From Halarcobacter sp. (GTDB lineage: Bacteria; Campylobacterota; Campylobacteria; Campylobacterales; Arcobacteraceae): 64,000 nt of DNA. Where the stretch lies: NCBI GenBank assembly GCA_048571215.1, contig CP182352.1:64001-128000 (forward strand), in the 5' to 3' direction. Position 1 is the first letter of the stretch. Each line of letters begins with the position of its first letter. The notes beneath the pieces were generated by a model, which was not told the DNA's origin, made no database searches, and was given only the letters and a program-made list of their open reading frames with translations. Of this stretch, positions 9,053 to 18,980 are shown one piece after another. The position numbers and the translations under genes are program-made.

Positions 9053-10944
9053 TTAGATCCTTTAAATAAATAAGTAAAACTTGTTTGTTCTGAATTTGAT
9101 TTTACATCTATGGATACATTCTCTTCCTCACAAATTCTTTTAACTAAATTTAATCCTAGCCCAAAACCATCTTTTGAATGCTCTTCTCTATAATATTCAT
9201 CAAATATTTTTTCCGGTTCTTGAATTCTTTTTGAATGACTAGCAACTGAAAATATAATGTTTTGTTTATCTTTCATAAGATCAACTTCTATACTCTCTCC
9301 TTCATAAGTATATTTAATAGCATTTGTTAAGGAGTTATCAATTATCCTTTGCAGTTTAGTCTCACTAAATTCTATTATAATTTTTGTAGCATTTGTTCTA
9401 AAAATAAATTCAGAATTTGTCATATTTGTAGCAACATTTTTAAAAAATTCTATTCTACTTCTAAGGTAATCTATAAAATCTATTGAATAAACTTTATATT
9501 CAATTTGATCTTTTTTCACTAAATAACTCAAGTCATCATATATGGAGAAGATGTTTTTAACTGCAACTTCAATATTTTCTAAATAGATACTTTTCCCATG
9601 TTCCATCTCATGTAGATCAATATTACTTACAATAACAGACAAAGGGGTATTTGTTTCATGAACAGAATGTTTTAAAAATATTTTTTGATTTTTTAAAAGT
9701 TGTTCAGAATATGCTATTTGTTTTTCTAAAGCTTTAGATTGCTCATTTTGGTCTCTTGCACTTTGTTGAATAAGGTTTGTCAATGCTTGAATAGTTCTTG
9801 CATATGAAAGATCTTGAGGGTTAACCATATTATTGGAAGGGGCAATTTTTTTATTTAGGTGGGGATTTTCCGATAAACCAACTAAAGTAATAGTTTGGTT
9901 CATAAGTTTGTTTTGTTTATTTGTATGGAAAAACTCAGCATAAGTAAAAAATCCAGAAGTTGTAGATATAGAAGCAAAGGGATCAATCTCTATTTTTGTT
10001 AAGTTTTGCATATATCTACGTCTTGCCATGCACGAGTATACAAAAAAAGTTTCAGAGGGTTGTGATTCTATATTTTTTAGATAATCAAAAGGTGTATTGA
10101 TAATTCTTTCAGCATCTGCAAATCCAAGTCTTACTTTATCTCCTTCATATAAACCACCTGCACAACCTAAGCTTCCATCGGGATATTTTGTAACAGTTGC
10201 CCTTGCTATAAAAATACCATCTCTTTGGACGATTAGAGGAAACTCAGTAAAAGTAGCTAGATTTCCACCACCTAAATATTTTTCATAAAAATCTATGGCT
10301 TTCATTCCTGAAATCTCATAAATTCTATTACCCTCTATTTTATCAATAGTATGTTCTATCCCTATTGGAGACCAACCATGTTTAATGTCATTTGCAACTT
10401 GAAGTACATCAGAGTTTAAAGATACGGCAACTGCACCTTGGCTAATAACTGTTGTACCTAAGCTAATATAAGTTTTTTGAAATTTTCCATTATCACCAGC
10501 CATTCCACCACAAACCATAGTTGAGTCACTATAAGAGTTTATCCCATTTAGATATTTTTCACCATCTGTTGAAGTACTATCTGTAAACGATATAATTAGT
10601 TTTGAATTTGGTGTAACTATATCTTGTGCTATCTCATAACCATTTTTAAAAGAGTCATCATTATTTTTATATGAACCTTTTATTGTAGTATTTTCAAAAA
10701 CGCAGATTGCTATTATAGTTTTTAGTGTTGAAACTTCTCCATCTCTTATCTCCCCATCTGTTGTGCTACCTATACAAATAGCTTGGGGAATATTTTCTTG
10801 TAGTAATTTTGTTAAATATTGAAGTGTACTTACATTTTGACCACAAAATATTTGAACTAAGATATTTTTTTCATTTTCAAATAGCTTGTAATCTATTTTA
10901 TTTTCAAATTGATTGTTTTCATAAGTATAATTGTATGTTTTCAT
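9049..10944 (-). CDS. FIST-domain sensor histidine kinase, no evident TM segment
   Basis: FIST motifs GSTTDGEI, GGMAGD, GWSPIG, SCMARR, GFFTYAEF; H-box HETNTPL; N-box DNSLTNAIKY; GFGLGL. Overlaps the response regulator by 4 nt. Confidence 0.9.
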   Translation of the reverse strand: MKTYNYTYENNQFENKIDYKLFENEKNILVQIFCGQNVSTLQYLTKLLQENIPQAICIGSTTDGEIRDGEVSTLKTIIAICVFENTTIKGSYKNNDDSFKNGYEIAQDIVTPNSKLIISFTDSTSTDGEKYLNGINSYSDSTMVCGGMAGDNGKFQKTYISLGTTVISQGAVAVSLNSDVLQVANDIKHGWSPIGIEHTIDKIEGNRIYEISGMKAIDFYEKYLGGGNLATFTEFPLIVQRDGIFIARATVTKYPDGSLGCAGGLYEGDKVRLGFADAERIINTPFDYLKNIESQPSETFFVYSCMARRRYMQNLTKIEIDPFASISTTSGFFTYAEFFHTNKQNKLMNQTITLVGLSENPHLNKKIAPSNNMVNPQDLSYARTIQALTNLIQQSARDQNEQSKALEKQIAYSEQLLKNQKIFLKHSVHETNTPLSVIVSNIDLHEMEHGKSIYLENIEVAVKNIFSIYDDLSYLVKKDQIEYKVYSIDFIDYLRSRIEFFKNVATNMTNSEFIFRTNATKIIIEFSETKLQRIIDNSLTNAIKYTYEGESIEVDLMKDKQNIIFSVASHSKRIQEPEKIFDEYYREEHSKDGFGLGLNLVKRICEEENVSIDVKSNSEQTSFTYLFKGSK

Positions 10945-11057
10945 ATTGTAATTGTAACATAAAAATTGAATAATTTTTATAAAAATATCAATAAAATTAA
11001 AATGCTATTTTATTGCTACTAATGCCATAATATAGGGATTTGTTGACTAAAATACTT

Positions 11058-11112
11058 CGCTATATTCACGCTATATTAAAGATTATTTTTTTGGCTATAT
11101 TGAGGCTATAAT
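11058..11112 (+). promoter_or_regulatory. Tandem direct repeats and -10 box upstream of the aldehyde dehydrogenase
   Basis: CGCTATATT at 11058 and 11069; GGCTATATT at 11093 and GGCTATAAT at 11104 (11-bp periods). The last copy contains TATAAT. Confidence 0.6.
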
Positions 11113-11191
11113 TATAGAGTAAACTTTCATTACAGAAAAAGTTTGCTTGACAAAATTTTTCATGTTATTAATATTTATAAAAGGAAAAAAA

Positions 11192-12688
11192 ATGGTATAT
11201 AGTAAACCAACATACAAACCTCAATATGAAAACTTTATTGGGGGAGAATGGGTAGCTCCAAAAAGTGGTGAATATTTTGATAATATTTCTCCTGTTGATG
11301 GGGATGTTTTAACAAGAATTCCAAGATCAAATGAAGAGGATGTTGAGTTAGCAGTGCAAGCAGCTAAAACTGCATTTGAATCTTATAAACACTCTTCAGT
11401 TATTGAAAGAAGTACCTTATTAAATAAGATTGCAGATGCAATTGAAGCTAACTTAGAAGCTCTTGCTATTGCCGAAACATTAGATAATGGTAAAACTATT
11501 AGAGAAACATTAAATGCAGATGTTCCTTTAGTTGTAGATCATTTTAGATATTTTGCATCTGTTATTAGAGCAGAGTCTGGTACAGTTTCAGATTTAGATG
11601 AAAATACTATTTCTCAAGAGATTTATGAGCCATATGGTGTTGTTGCACAAATTATTCCATGGAATTTCCCATTATTAATGGCAGCTTGGAAAATTGCACC
11701 TGCATTGGCAGCTGGAAATACAATTGTTATGAAACCTGCATCTGCTACTCCAAAATCTATTATCCTTTTAATGGAAACAATTCAAGATGTTCTTCCAAAA
11801 GGTTTAGTAAATATTATTAATGGTTCAGGTGGAAAAATTGGTAAATACCTTTCAACTCACCCAGATATTAAAAAAGTTGGATTTACAGGGGAAACTACAA
11901 CAGGTCAGTTAATTATGCAATATGCGACTGAAAATATTATTCCATCTACCTTAGAACTTGGTGGAAAATCTCCAAATATCTTCTTTGAATCAATTATGGA
12001 TGCTGATGATGAGTTCTTTGATAAAGCAATTGAAGGTCTTGTATTATTTGCATTTAACTCAGGTGAAGTTTGTACTTGTCCTTCAAGAGCATTAATCCAA
12101 GAGTCTATTTATGAGCCATTTATGAAAAGAGTATTAGAAAGAATTGAAGCTATTAAATTAGGAGATCCTTTAGATACTGAAAATATGATGGGTGCTCAAT
12201 GTTCTTTAAATCAAAAAGAGAAAATTTTAGAGTATATTAAAATAGGTAAAGAAGAGGGTGCTGAGTGTTTAATTGGTGGTGATGTTTATGAGTCTGCAAA
12301 ACATCCAAATGGATTTTATATTAAACCAACAGTATTTAAAGGTCATAACAAAATGAGAATCTTCCAAGAAGAGATTTTTGGACCAGTTCTTGCTGTTACT
12401 ACTTTTAAAGATGAAGAAGAAGCAATTGAGATTGCAAATGATACAATCTATGGATTAGGATCAGGTGTATGGTCAAGGGATGCACACCAATTACATAAAA
12501 TGTCTAGAGCTATTGAAGCTGGACGTGTATGGGTTAATTGTTATCACTTATACCCATCTCATGCATCATTTGGTGGATATAAAAAATCTGGTATTGGTAG
12601 AGAAACTCATATGATGATGTTAAACTCTTATAGACATACTAAAAATATCTTAACTTCATATAGTAAAGATGCTTTAGGATTCTTTTAA
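11192..12688 (+). CDS. aldB: NAD-dependent aldehyde dehydrogenase (AldB/ExaC type)
   Basis: IIPWNFP, FTGETTTG, LELGGKSP, GEVCTCPSR, EEIFGPV. Start moved to ATG 11192, which follows an AAGGA RBS. Confidence 0.92.
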   Translation: MVYSKPTYKPQYENFIGGEWVAPKSGEYFDNISPVDGDVLTRIPRSNEEDVELAVQAAKTAFESYKHSSVIERSTLLNKIADAIEANLEALAIAETLDNGKTIRETLNADVPLVVDHFRYFASVIRAESGTVSDLDENTISQEIYEPYGVVAQIIPWNFPLLMAAWKIAPALAAGNTIVMKPASATPKSIILLMETIQDVLPKGLVNIINGSGGKIGKYLSTHPDIKKVGFTGETTTGQLIMQYATENIIPSTLELGGKSPNIFFESIMDADDEFFDKAIEGLVLFAFNSGEVCTCPSRALIQESIYEPFMKRVLERIEAIKLGDPLDTENMMGAQCSLNQKEKILEYIKIGKEEGAECLIGGDVYESAKHPNGFYIKPTVFKGHNKMRIFQEEIFGPVLAVTTFKDEEEAIEIANDTIYGLGSGVWSRDAHQLHKMSRAIEAGRVWVNCYHLYPSHASFGGYKKSGIGRETHMMMLNSYRHTKNILTSYSKDALGFF

Positions 12689-12696
12689 TAGATAAA

Positions 12697-12719
12697 TTTG
12701 TAGGGGTCTCCCCTACAAA
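12697..12719. terminator. GC-stem hairpin after aldB
   Basis: TTTGTAGGGG-TCT-CCCCTACAAA. Confidence 0.55.
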
Positions 12720-12743
12720 AAATATAATGATTGGAGCAAAATT

Positions 12744-13124
12744 ATGGATACTCAAAGATTAAAAGTTACCAAAGAAGCGGAAGAAGTAGTTGAAATGTTA
12801 AAAAAAGAGCATGGAGAACTAGTCTTTAATCAAAGTGGTGGATGTTGTGATGGTACTGCTCCAATGTGTTATGAAAAAAGCGATTTTTATGTACCAAGTA
12901 GAAATATAAAATTGGGTGAAATCTGTGGTTGCGAATTTTTCATAGATAAAGATCAATTTGAGTATTTTAGACATTCTCAAATCATTATTGACGTAAAAGA
13001 GGAAAAATCTGCCTTTGGTAACTCTTTTTCATTGGAGATTGATATGGGATATCAATTTATCACTAGATCAAGAATATTCACAGATGAAGAGTATAATGAA
13101 TTAAAATCTAAAGAAGAGATTTGA
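12744..13124 (+). CDS. DUF779 family protein
   Basis: QSGGCCDGTAPMC and FSLE motifs; usual neighbour of AldB-type dehydrogenases. Confidence 0.9.
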   Translation: MDTQRLKVTKEAEEVVEMLKKEHGELVFNQSGGCCDGTAPMCYEKSDFYVPSRNIKLGEICGCEFFIDKDQFEYFRHSQIIIDVKEEKSAFGNSFSLEIDMGYQFITRSRIFTDEEYNELKSKEEI

Positions 13125-13142
13125 TTTAGAAAATTTAAAATG

Positions 13143-14159
13143 CTACTTTTTGATTTGTAGCATTTTAAATCTATCTCCCATTCCTGTTGGTTCAAGTAGA
13201 GTTTTAACCTTTTGAGACTCTCTTAAATAGGTATTATCATCTACATTTTGTTTTAAAATTTCCAGTAAATCAACTATTCCAAACTCTATCAAAGCTTGCA
13301 TTTGGGTACCATAAACGATATCTTTTACTTTATTATCTTTAAATAAATCAATCAAGTGATTAAAAAAAACATCATAGGTTATATCAGAAGTTTTATAGTA
13401 TTTTTCTAAATCTAAATTATCCTCAAATATTGGGAAAACTTCATGTCTTGAGTAGATTCTGCTTGAAAAATCATTTCTTGGGTATTGATCTCCATAATCA
13501 AAGGTTATAAATTCAAAGTTTTTAATATTTTTGCATAAAGTGTTTATAAACTCCTCATAACCAAGAGCAATCTCACCTTTTGAAATAGAATATTTTTTAC
13601 AATGATTTATGATATTTTCATCATCACATTTTTCAAAAAAGATTTTATGGTTTTCTACATATGCCATTTGTAAAATATCATCTTTTGTGTAAACTAGTTC
13701 AGAAGGGAAAGCATCAAATATCTCGTTTGCTACAATAAAAGCTGAGTTTAGTTTTACCTCTTTAATATCATCATAATGAATTAAATTGATTTTGTCCTCA
13801 AAAGAGTCTTTAAAATATTGCTTTTGGTGTTTTTGCAAGTGGGAAAACCTCTCTACAATTGCAAAATTAAGGGTATCTAGTAATTTGGGATTTAAGGTAT
13901 AAATAAATTGAATAATATCTGCTAGTAAATACCCATGATGAGCACCAATTTCTAAGATAGTACAGTTATTTGCTAACTCATTATTTGCTATGGCATCAAC
14001 TATTCTTTTTCCTATAGTTCCCCCAAAAAAAGGTGAGATAGATACTGCTGTATAAAAATCACCCCCTTTACCGATTTGTTTATATTTACTATAATATCCA
14101 TCATCCGCATAAAGCCAAGTATTAATATATTTGCTAAATTTTATTTTTTGATTATCCAT
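13143..14159 (-). CDS. SAM-dependent methyltransferase, MidA/NDUFAF7 family
   Basis: GYY, IGKGGDFYTA, EIGAHHG, ANEIFDAFP, FDYG, DITYDV, MGDRFK. Confidence 0.88.
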   Translation of the reverse strand: MDNQKIKFSKYINTWLYADDGYYSKYKQIGKGGDFYTAVSISPFFGGTIGKRIVDAIANNELANNCTILEIGAHHGYLLADIIQFIYTLNPKLLDTLNFAIVERFSHLQKHQKQYFKDSFEDKINLIHYDDIKEVKLNSAFIVANEIFDAFPSELVYTKDDILQMAYVENHKIFFEKCDDENIINHCKKYSISKGEIALGYEEFINTLCKNIKNFEFITFDYGDQYPRNDFSSRIYSRHEVFPIFEDNLDLEKYYKTSDITYDVFFNHLIDLFKDNKVKDIVYGTQMQALIEFGIVDLLEILKQNVDDNTYLRESQKVKTLLEPTGMGDRFKMLQIKK

Positions 14160-14188
14160 AATAGTAGTTTAGCAAACTTTTTTTTAAT

Positions 14189-14926
14189 TTAGTTTACGCA
14201 AGCATCAACTATTGAATTTTGATCTGCAAATAAATATATTTCAACTCTTCTATTAAGTGCCATATTTTGTATATTTACATTTGGAACTAGAGGTTTATTA
14301 AATGAACACCCTTTTGAAAAGATTTGGTTTGGTATACCACTGTTATATAAAGTGTTTCCTACATTTGAAGCTCTTTGTTCTGAAAGTTTTTGATTATATT
14401 CATAAGAACCTCTACTATCTGTAAACCCTACAACTTGCACAATTGTATTTGGGTATTTTTTTAATACATTAGATATTTTTTCTATTTTTTTTGAAGCCTC
14501 TTGTGTTGGGGTTGAAGAGTTTGTTTTAAATACCATGCTATCCCTTAGCATTATTTTCACATATTTATCAGTATTTGAAACTATTAAATCATTATCAGGA
14601 TTGCTAGCTGCATTTGGATTATTGTTTACATCTGTTTCAAGTTCATTTGCCATCTCTTTTGCTTGTTGATCCATAGTATAACCAACACCACCACCAATCG
14701 CTGCACCAATCGCACCACCTAAAATAACCCTTTTAGCTTTATTGTTACCCTTTGTAGTACCACCAATAAGTGCTCCTAAAAATCCACCTATTAAAGCTCC
14801 TGTTTGTGTTTTATTCATAGAAGTTGAATTATTTTGGGGTTCATTTGGTTGGTTTGTACAACCAGTTAAAAGTGCAAGTGCCAAAGAACTTGCTGCAAGT
14901 TTTTTTAAAATATTTGAATTAATCAT
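14189..14926 (-). CDS. OmpA-family lipoprotein with glycine zipper (YiaD-like)
   Basis: Lipobox LTGC, GAAIGGGVG, GFTDSRG..YNQKLSEQRA, NRRVEI. Confidence 0.92.
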   Translation of the reverse strand: MINSNILKKLAASSLALALLTGCTNQPNEPQNNSTSMNKTQTGALIGGFLGALIGGTTKGNNKAKRVILGGAIGAAIGGGVGYTMDQQAKEMANELETDVNNNPNAASNPDNDLIVSNTDKYVKIMLRDSMVFKTNSSTPTQEASKKIEKISNVLKKYPNTIVQVVGFTDSRGSYEYNQKLSEQRASNVGNTLYNSGIPNQIFSKGCSFNKPLVPNVNIQNMALNRRVEIYLFADQNSIVDACVN

Positions 14927-15061
14927 AATAAATCCTTTTAGTTAATAAGTGATTATATCATTTATAGGTGAAATTATTGTGAAATTATTATACTAACTTG
15001 TTACTCCATTGTAAACGAATTAAGGTATAATCTAATTTATATTTTATATAAGGAGATGCCC

Positions 15062-16513
15062 ATGGATAAAAGAACAAAAATATTAGCAACTTTAGGGCCA
15101 GCAAGTGATAGTATTGAAGTAATTGAAGGTTTAATAAAAGCTGGAGCAAATCTATTTAGATTGAATTTCTCTCATGGAAGCCATGAATACCATTTAAATA
15201 CATTAAAAAACATTAGAAAAGCAATGGAAAATCTTGATACAACAGTAGCAGTACTACAAGATATTTCAGGTCCAAAAGTTAGAATTGGAGAGTTAAAAGA
15301 GCCTTTTGAGTTAAAAAAAGGTGATGTAATAACTTTTTTAAAACATGAAATTATAGGTTACCAAGAAAAAAGTGATAAGTATGTAGTTTCTATAAATTAT
15401 CCTGAATTACTTAATAAGGTAAAAGAGGGTGAATATATCTATTTATATGATGGAACTATTAGAGCAAAAGTTATTGAAACTGGGGATGAGATAAAAGCAC
15501 AAATTGAAAATCGTGGAAAACTTAGTTCTAAAAAGGGTGTAAACTTTCCAAATACAGTTATTGATATTGATGTTATTACAAAAAAAGATAAAAAAGATAT
15601 CGCTTGGGGTATTGCAAATAAAGTTGATTATTTTGCTATCTCTTTTGTACAAAATAGAAGTGATATGGAACATGCAAGGGAACTTTTAGGAGATTACAAA
15701 GGTAAATTAATTGCAAAGATTGAGAAGTTTGATGCAGTTGCAAATATTGACGAGATTGTAGAAGTTAGTGATGGATTGATGGTTGCTAGGGGTGATTTGG
15801 GAATAGAAGTACCATATTATGAAGTTCCAACTATTCAAAAAAGACTTATCAAAAAAGCAAATGCTGCTTCTATTCCAGTAATAACAGCAACACAAATGCT
15901 TTTATCAATGACTGAAAATGAAAGGGCAACAAGAGCAGAAATCTCAGATGTAGCAAATGCAGTTTTAGATGGAACTGATGTTGTTATGTTAAGTGAAGAG
16001 AGTGCTGTTGGTGTTGATCCAATTAATGTTGTTGAGACTATGAGCAATATTATTATTAAAACAGAAGAGATTTATAAATTTGATAAATACAATGATTTAG
16101 AGTATAAAGATGAGTTTGATGTAATCTATGCAACAGTTACAAAATTAGCAGATGATTTAAAGGCAAAGGGGATTTTAGTTTTAACAAGTACAGGAACATC
16201 TCCTATTAAAATCTCAAGATTTAGACCAAAAACAAAAATCTATGCTTTCTCACACAAAAGAAAAGTTGTTAATTCACTTTGTGGAATTTGGGGTGTTTAT
16301 CCTGTATCTGTAATCAAAGAGGCACAAGCTTCTAAGATGATTCAAAAGATGTTAAAAGAGTTGGATGAAAAAGATTTATTGGATAAAAATGGTCCATATA
16401 TCTGTACAATTGGATATCCTGTTGGAGTACCTGGAAGTACAAATACAATTAAAATTTTAACAGCATCTGAAATAGAATTTTATTTAAATTTTTCAAATAG
16501 TAAGAAGAAGTAA
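15062..16513 (+). CDS. pyk: Pyruvate kinase
   Basis: RTKILATLGPAS, RLNFSHG, AKIEK, MVARGDLG, TRAEISDVANA. Start set by AGGAG at 15051-15055. Confidence 0.97.
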   Translation: MDKRTKILATLGPASDSIEVIEGLIKAGANLFRLNFSHGSHEYHLNTLKNIRKAMENLDTTVAVLQDISGPKVRIGELKEPFELKKGDVITFLKHEIIGYQEKSDKYVVSINYPELLNKVKEGEYIYLYDGTIRAKVIETGDEIKAQIENRGKLSSKKGVNFPNTVIDIDVITKKDKKDIAWGIANKVDYFAISFVQNRSDMEHARELLGDYKGKLIAKIEKFDAVANIDEIVEVSDGLMVARGDLGIEVPYYEVPTIQKRLIKKANAASIPVITATQMLLSMTENERATRAEISDVANAVLDGTDVVMLSEESAVGVDPINVVETMSNIIIKTEEIYKFDKYNDLEYKDEFDVIYATVTKLADDLKAKGILVLTSTGTSPIKISRFRPKTKIYAFSHKRKVVNSLCGIWGVYPVSVIKEAQASKMIQKMLKELDEKDLLDKNGPYICTIGYPVGVPGSTNTIKILTASEIEFYLNFSNSKKK

Positions 16514-16522
16514 ATCTTCTTT

Positions 16523-17581
16523 TTAAAGAGTATTTAGTTCAATTTGAGATTTTACTCTTTTTATCTCTTTTTTTAGTGATTGTTTTAGGGGGATATCTTT
16601 TTCCCCTGCATATTGCCAATTTCCATAATAAGTAGCATCATTGTCTTTATAGTTTTCAAATACAGTCATTGAATCATCTATTTTATTATTGGGAAGATTT
16701 TGTATTTTGGTTAACATTTTTTTATAAATCTCTAACATTTGTTTATCCCAAACTTTCATATCAGCTTCTGATGGAATATATGTATCTTCTCTTGCAAAAA
16801 GCTCTATCTCTTGTATAAGATCTTCATATTTAATTGGTGCAAAATCCAAGAGATTCATTTTATAAAGAAGTCTTGTTCTATTTTTACTATTAAGTTTAAA
16901 TTGAGAATCAAAGTTTTTTATATGTGTTGCAACTTTTTCAAGAACTTTTTCCTTTTCTACAGGCATTGCAGAGTTGATATTTTCCTCTTTTTTATCTACA
17001 TCATTTTTTGGTTTTTCATTTGTTTTTTCTTTTTCTTGGATATTTTTTTCATCTTTTTTAACGGCATTGTTTTTTTCAATTGCAGGTTTTTTAGTATTTT
17101 TTAAATGTTGAATACTTTTTTCTAGATTATCTATTTTATTTATAAGCTCTTTATAGGCTTGAGAATTATTTTCTTTTACATTAAGAGAATTACTTTTTGA
17201 AGAATATAAAAAAAATAAGACTACAGAAGTAATAACTGCTATAGAGATTATAGTACTTATTATTGCTGTAAAGAGAAATTTTTTAGTAGATTTTTTTAGT
17301 TCATTCTGCATATTTTCTCTTGGTTTTCTTATTAATTCATCTATAATTGTTGAGAAGTTTATTTGTTGAAGTTTTTTCAAATCAGCTAAGTTATCTTCAG
17401 CTTCATGCCTTTTTGCTTCTTCATTTTCTGCTATTATTGTAAGTTCTGTTATTTGTTTTTTTAGTATTCCTAATTCTTCATCATAATTAGAGGTGAGGTG
17501 TGATAATTCTTTATAAACCTCTTCCATAGAGTTTGCACCCTCTTTGAATTTATCAAGTATTGAAGAGAAATTAGTATCCAT
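16523..17581 (-). CDS. Hypothetical single-TM coiled-coil protein
   Basis: 352-aa ORF; one hydrophobic segment FLFTAIISTIISIAVITSVVLFFLY; K/E-rich linker. Confidence 0.7.
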   Translation of the reverse strand: MDTNFSSILDKFKEGANSMEEVYKELSHLTSNYDEELGILKKQITELTIIAENEEAKRHEAEDNLADLKKLQQINFSTIIDELIRKPRENMQNELKKSTKKFLFTAIISTIISIAVITSVVLFFLYSSKSNSLNVKENNSQAYKELINKIDNLEKSIQHLKNTKKPAIEKNNAVKKDEKNIQEKEKTNEKPKNDVDKKEENINSAMPVEKEKVLEKVATHIKNFDSQFKLNSKNRTRLLYKMNLLDFAPIKYEDLIQEIELFAREDTYIPSEADMKVWDKQMLEIYKKMLTKIQNLPNNKIDDSMTVFENYKDNDATYYGNWQYAGEKDIPLKQSLKKEIKRVKSQIELNTL

Positions 17582-17647
17582 AGTTATTCCCTATTCTTTT
17601 TTGTAGCTTATATTATGACATAATTTAATTAAAATAAGTTAAATAGA

Positions 17648-17789
17648 TTAATTATTTTTTTTATTTGATGGTAATGTTATTTTGAATTGAGCTCCTATAC
17701 AAACATAGTTTTTTGTTTTTTATAATTATTATTTTATCATCAATATCAATATATTTTAATACATCTTTTGAATTATCTATTAAATTTAA
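17648..17789 (-). pseudogene. Remnant of a histidine-kinase HATPase domain
   Basis: Minus strand reads LNLIDNSKDVLKYIDIDDKIIII (N-box-like), then in another frame KNYVCIGAQFKITLPSNKKNN*. Compare INLLNNAKDAF and KEYIGACFTIKLP in the kinase at 21134-23569. Confidence 0.65.
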
Positions 17790-18980
17790 TTATCCTATTT
17801 TTGAATAGATATCAAATAGTTCTATTTGTTCTTGTAGTTTATATATCTTCAGTTCAATAGCTTTGATTTTTTGAGAATTATATAGAGTGTCAACATCACT
17901 TTGTGTTTTTAGTTCAGCCTCTTTCTCCTCATTGATAATTTTTAACAAAGAATCATAAAGTTTATAATCATCTTTTGCTATTTGTTTTTTTTCATTTATC
18001 ATATTTATTTTTGCTAATTTTGTTTTATAATAGTTTTGTTCCTCTAAAATAGTATTTTTTAAAGATAATTTTGCTTTTAAATACTCAATCTTTTGTGTTT
18101 GGATATCATTGAAGGTTCTTACATCAATTGGCATAGATACAGATAAACCATAAGTTTGTGTTGTGTCATCTGTTATTGCTGGGTTGTTAGTATCATGATA
18201 TTTAGTATAATCCATTGTTGCGTTTAGTGTTGGAAGATATTTTGCTACGGTCATATTTACATAATAATCTTTTTGGTTTAAATCTTTATTTGCTTTTTTT
18301 AATTCTAAATTGTTATCTATAAAAGATTTTTCATCATTTAATTTTAGTTTTGGTAAGTCAAAACTTTTATAATCATTACTAGCAATAGATTTAAAATTGT
18401 AGTTTAATTCCTGTTTTTGGTATTTTAAATCTACAAGTGTATTTTTCACTTTATTGGCTTCTAAAATTGCATTATCTAAATAAGAAGTATCTAAAAAGCC
18501 ATTTAAAACTTGTTCTTTTTTTCTAATAATATCAATTTTTGCGTTTTTTAGTTGAATCTCACTTTTTTTAATATTTAAATCCAAAATATGAAGATTAAAA
18601 AGTATGGTAACTGCATTTTTTATAAGCTCTTTTTTTTGGATTTGGATATCTACGTTGTTATAATCATATGTTGCATTTGCATATTTTATAGCATTATAGA
18701 TACCTCCACTTTTAAAGATAGGTTGATTTATAGATACTAAACTTTTAGTAGTATCATAGTTTTCACCATAAGTTTTAGAGTATCTTAATGTTATTGGGTT
18801 TATCCAATCTTTTTTTAGCTTAGAACTACTTTGCTCATTTTGTTCTTGACTATATTTAAATAAATCTAATCTATCTTTTGAAAGAATATTCTCTTCTTTT
18901 ATATTCTCTTGTGCATTTAAAAAAAAGGGAAAAGATAAAATAGTTATTAAACTAAGTTTAGTCAATTTTTGCAAGTGCAT
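17790..18980 (-). CDS. TolC-family outer membrane efflux protein
   Basis: Signal peptide; SINQPIFKSG, YLPTLNA, GLSVSMPID; coiled-coil segments. Confidence 0.8.
   Translation of the reverse strand: MHLQKLTKLSLITILSFPFFLNAQENIKEENILSKDRLDLFKYSQEQNEQSSSKLKKDWINPITLRYSKTYGENYDTTKSLVSINQPIFKSGGIYNAIKYANATYDYNNVDIQIQKKELIKNAVTILFNLHILDLNIKKSEIQLKNAKIDIIRKKEQVLNGFLDTSYLDNAILEANKVKNTLVDLKYQKQELNYNFKSIASNDYKSFDLPKLKLNDEKSFIDNNLELKKANKDLNQKDYYVNMTVAKYLPTLNATMDYTKYHDTNNPAITDDTTQTYGLSVSMPIDVRTFNDIQTQKIEYLKAKLSLKNTILEEQNYYKTKLAKINMINEKKQIAKDDYKLYDSLLKIINEEKEAELKTQSDVDTLYNSQKIKAIELKIYKLQEQIELFDIYSKIG

Noticed and set aside
11147..11191. N-terminal extension of aldB from TTG 11147
   Set aside because: The RBS and family-like N-terminus fit ATG 11192; the extension is probably untranslated leader.
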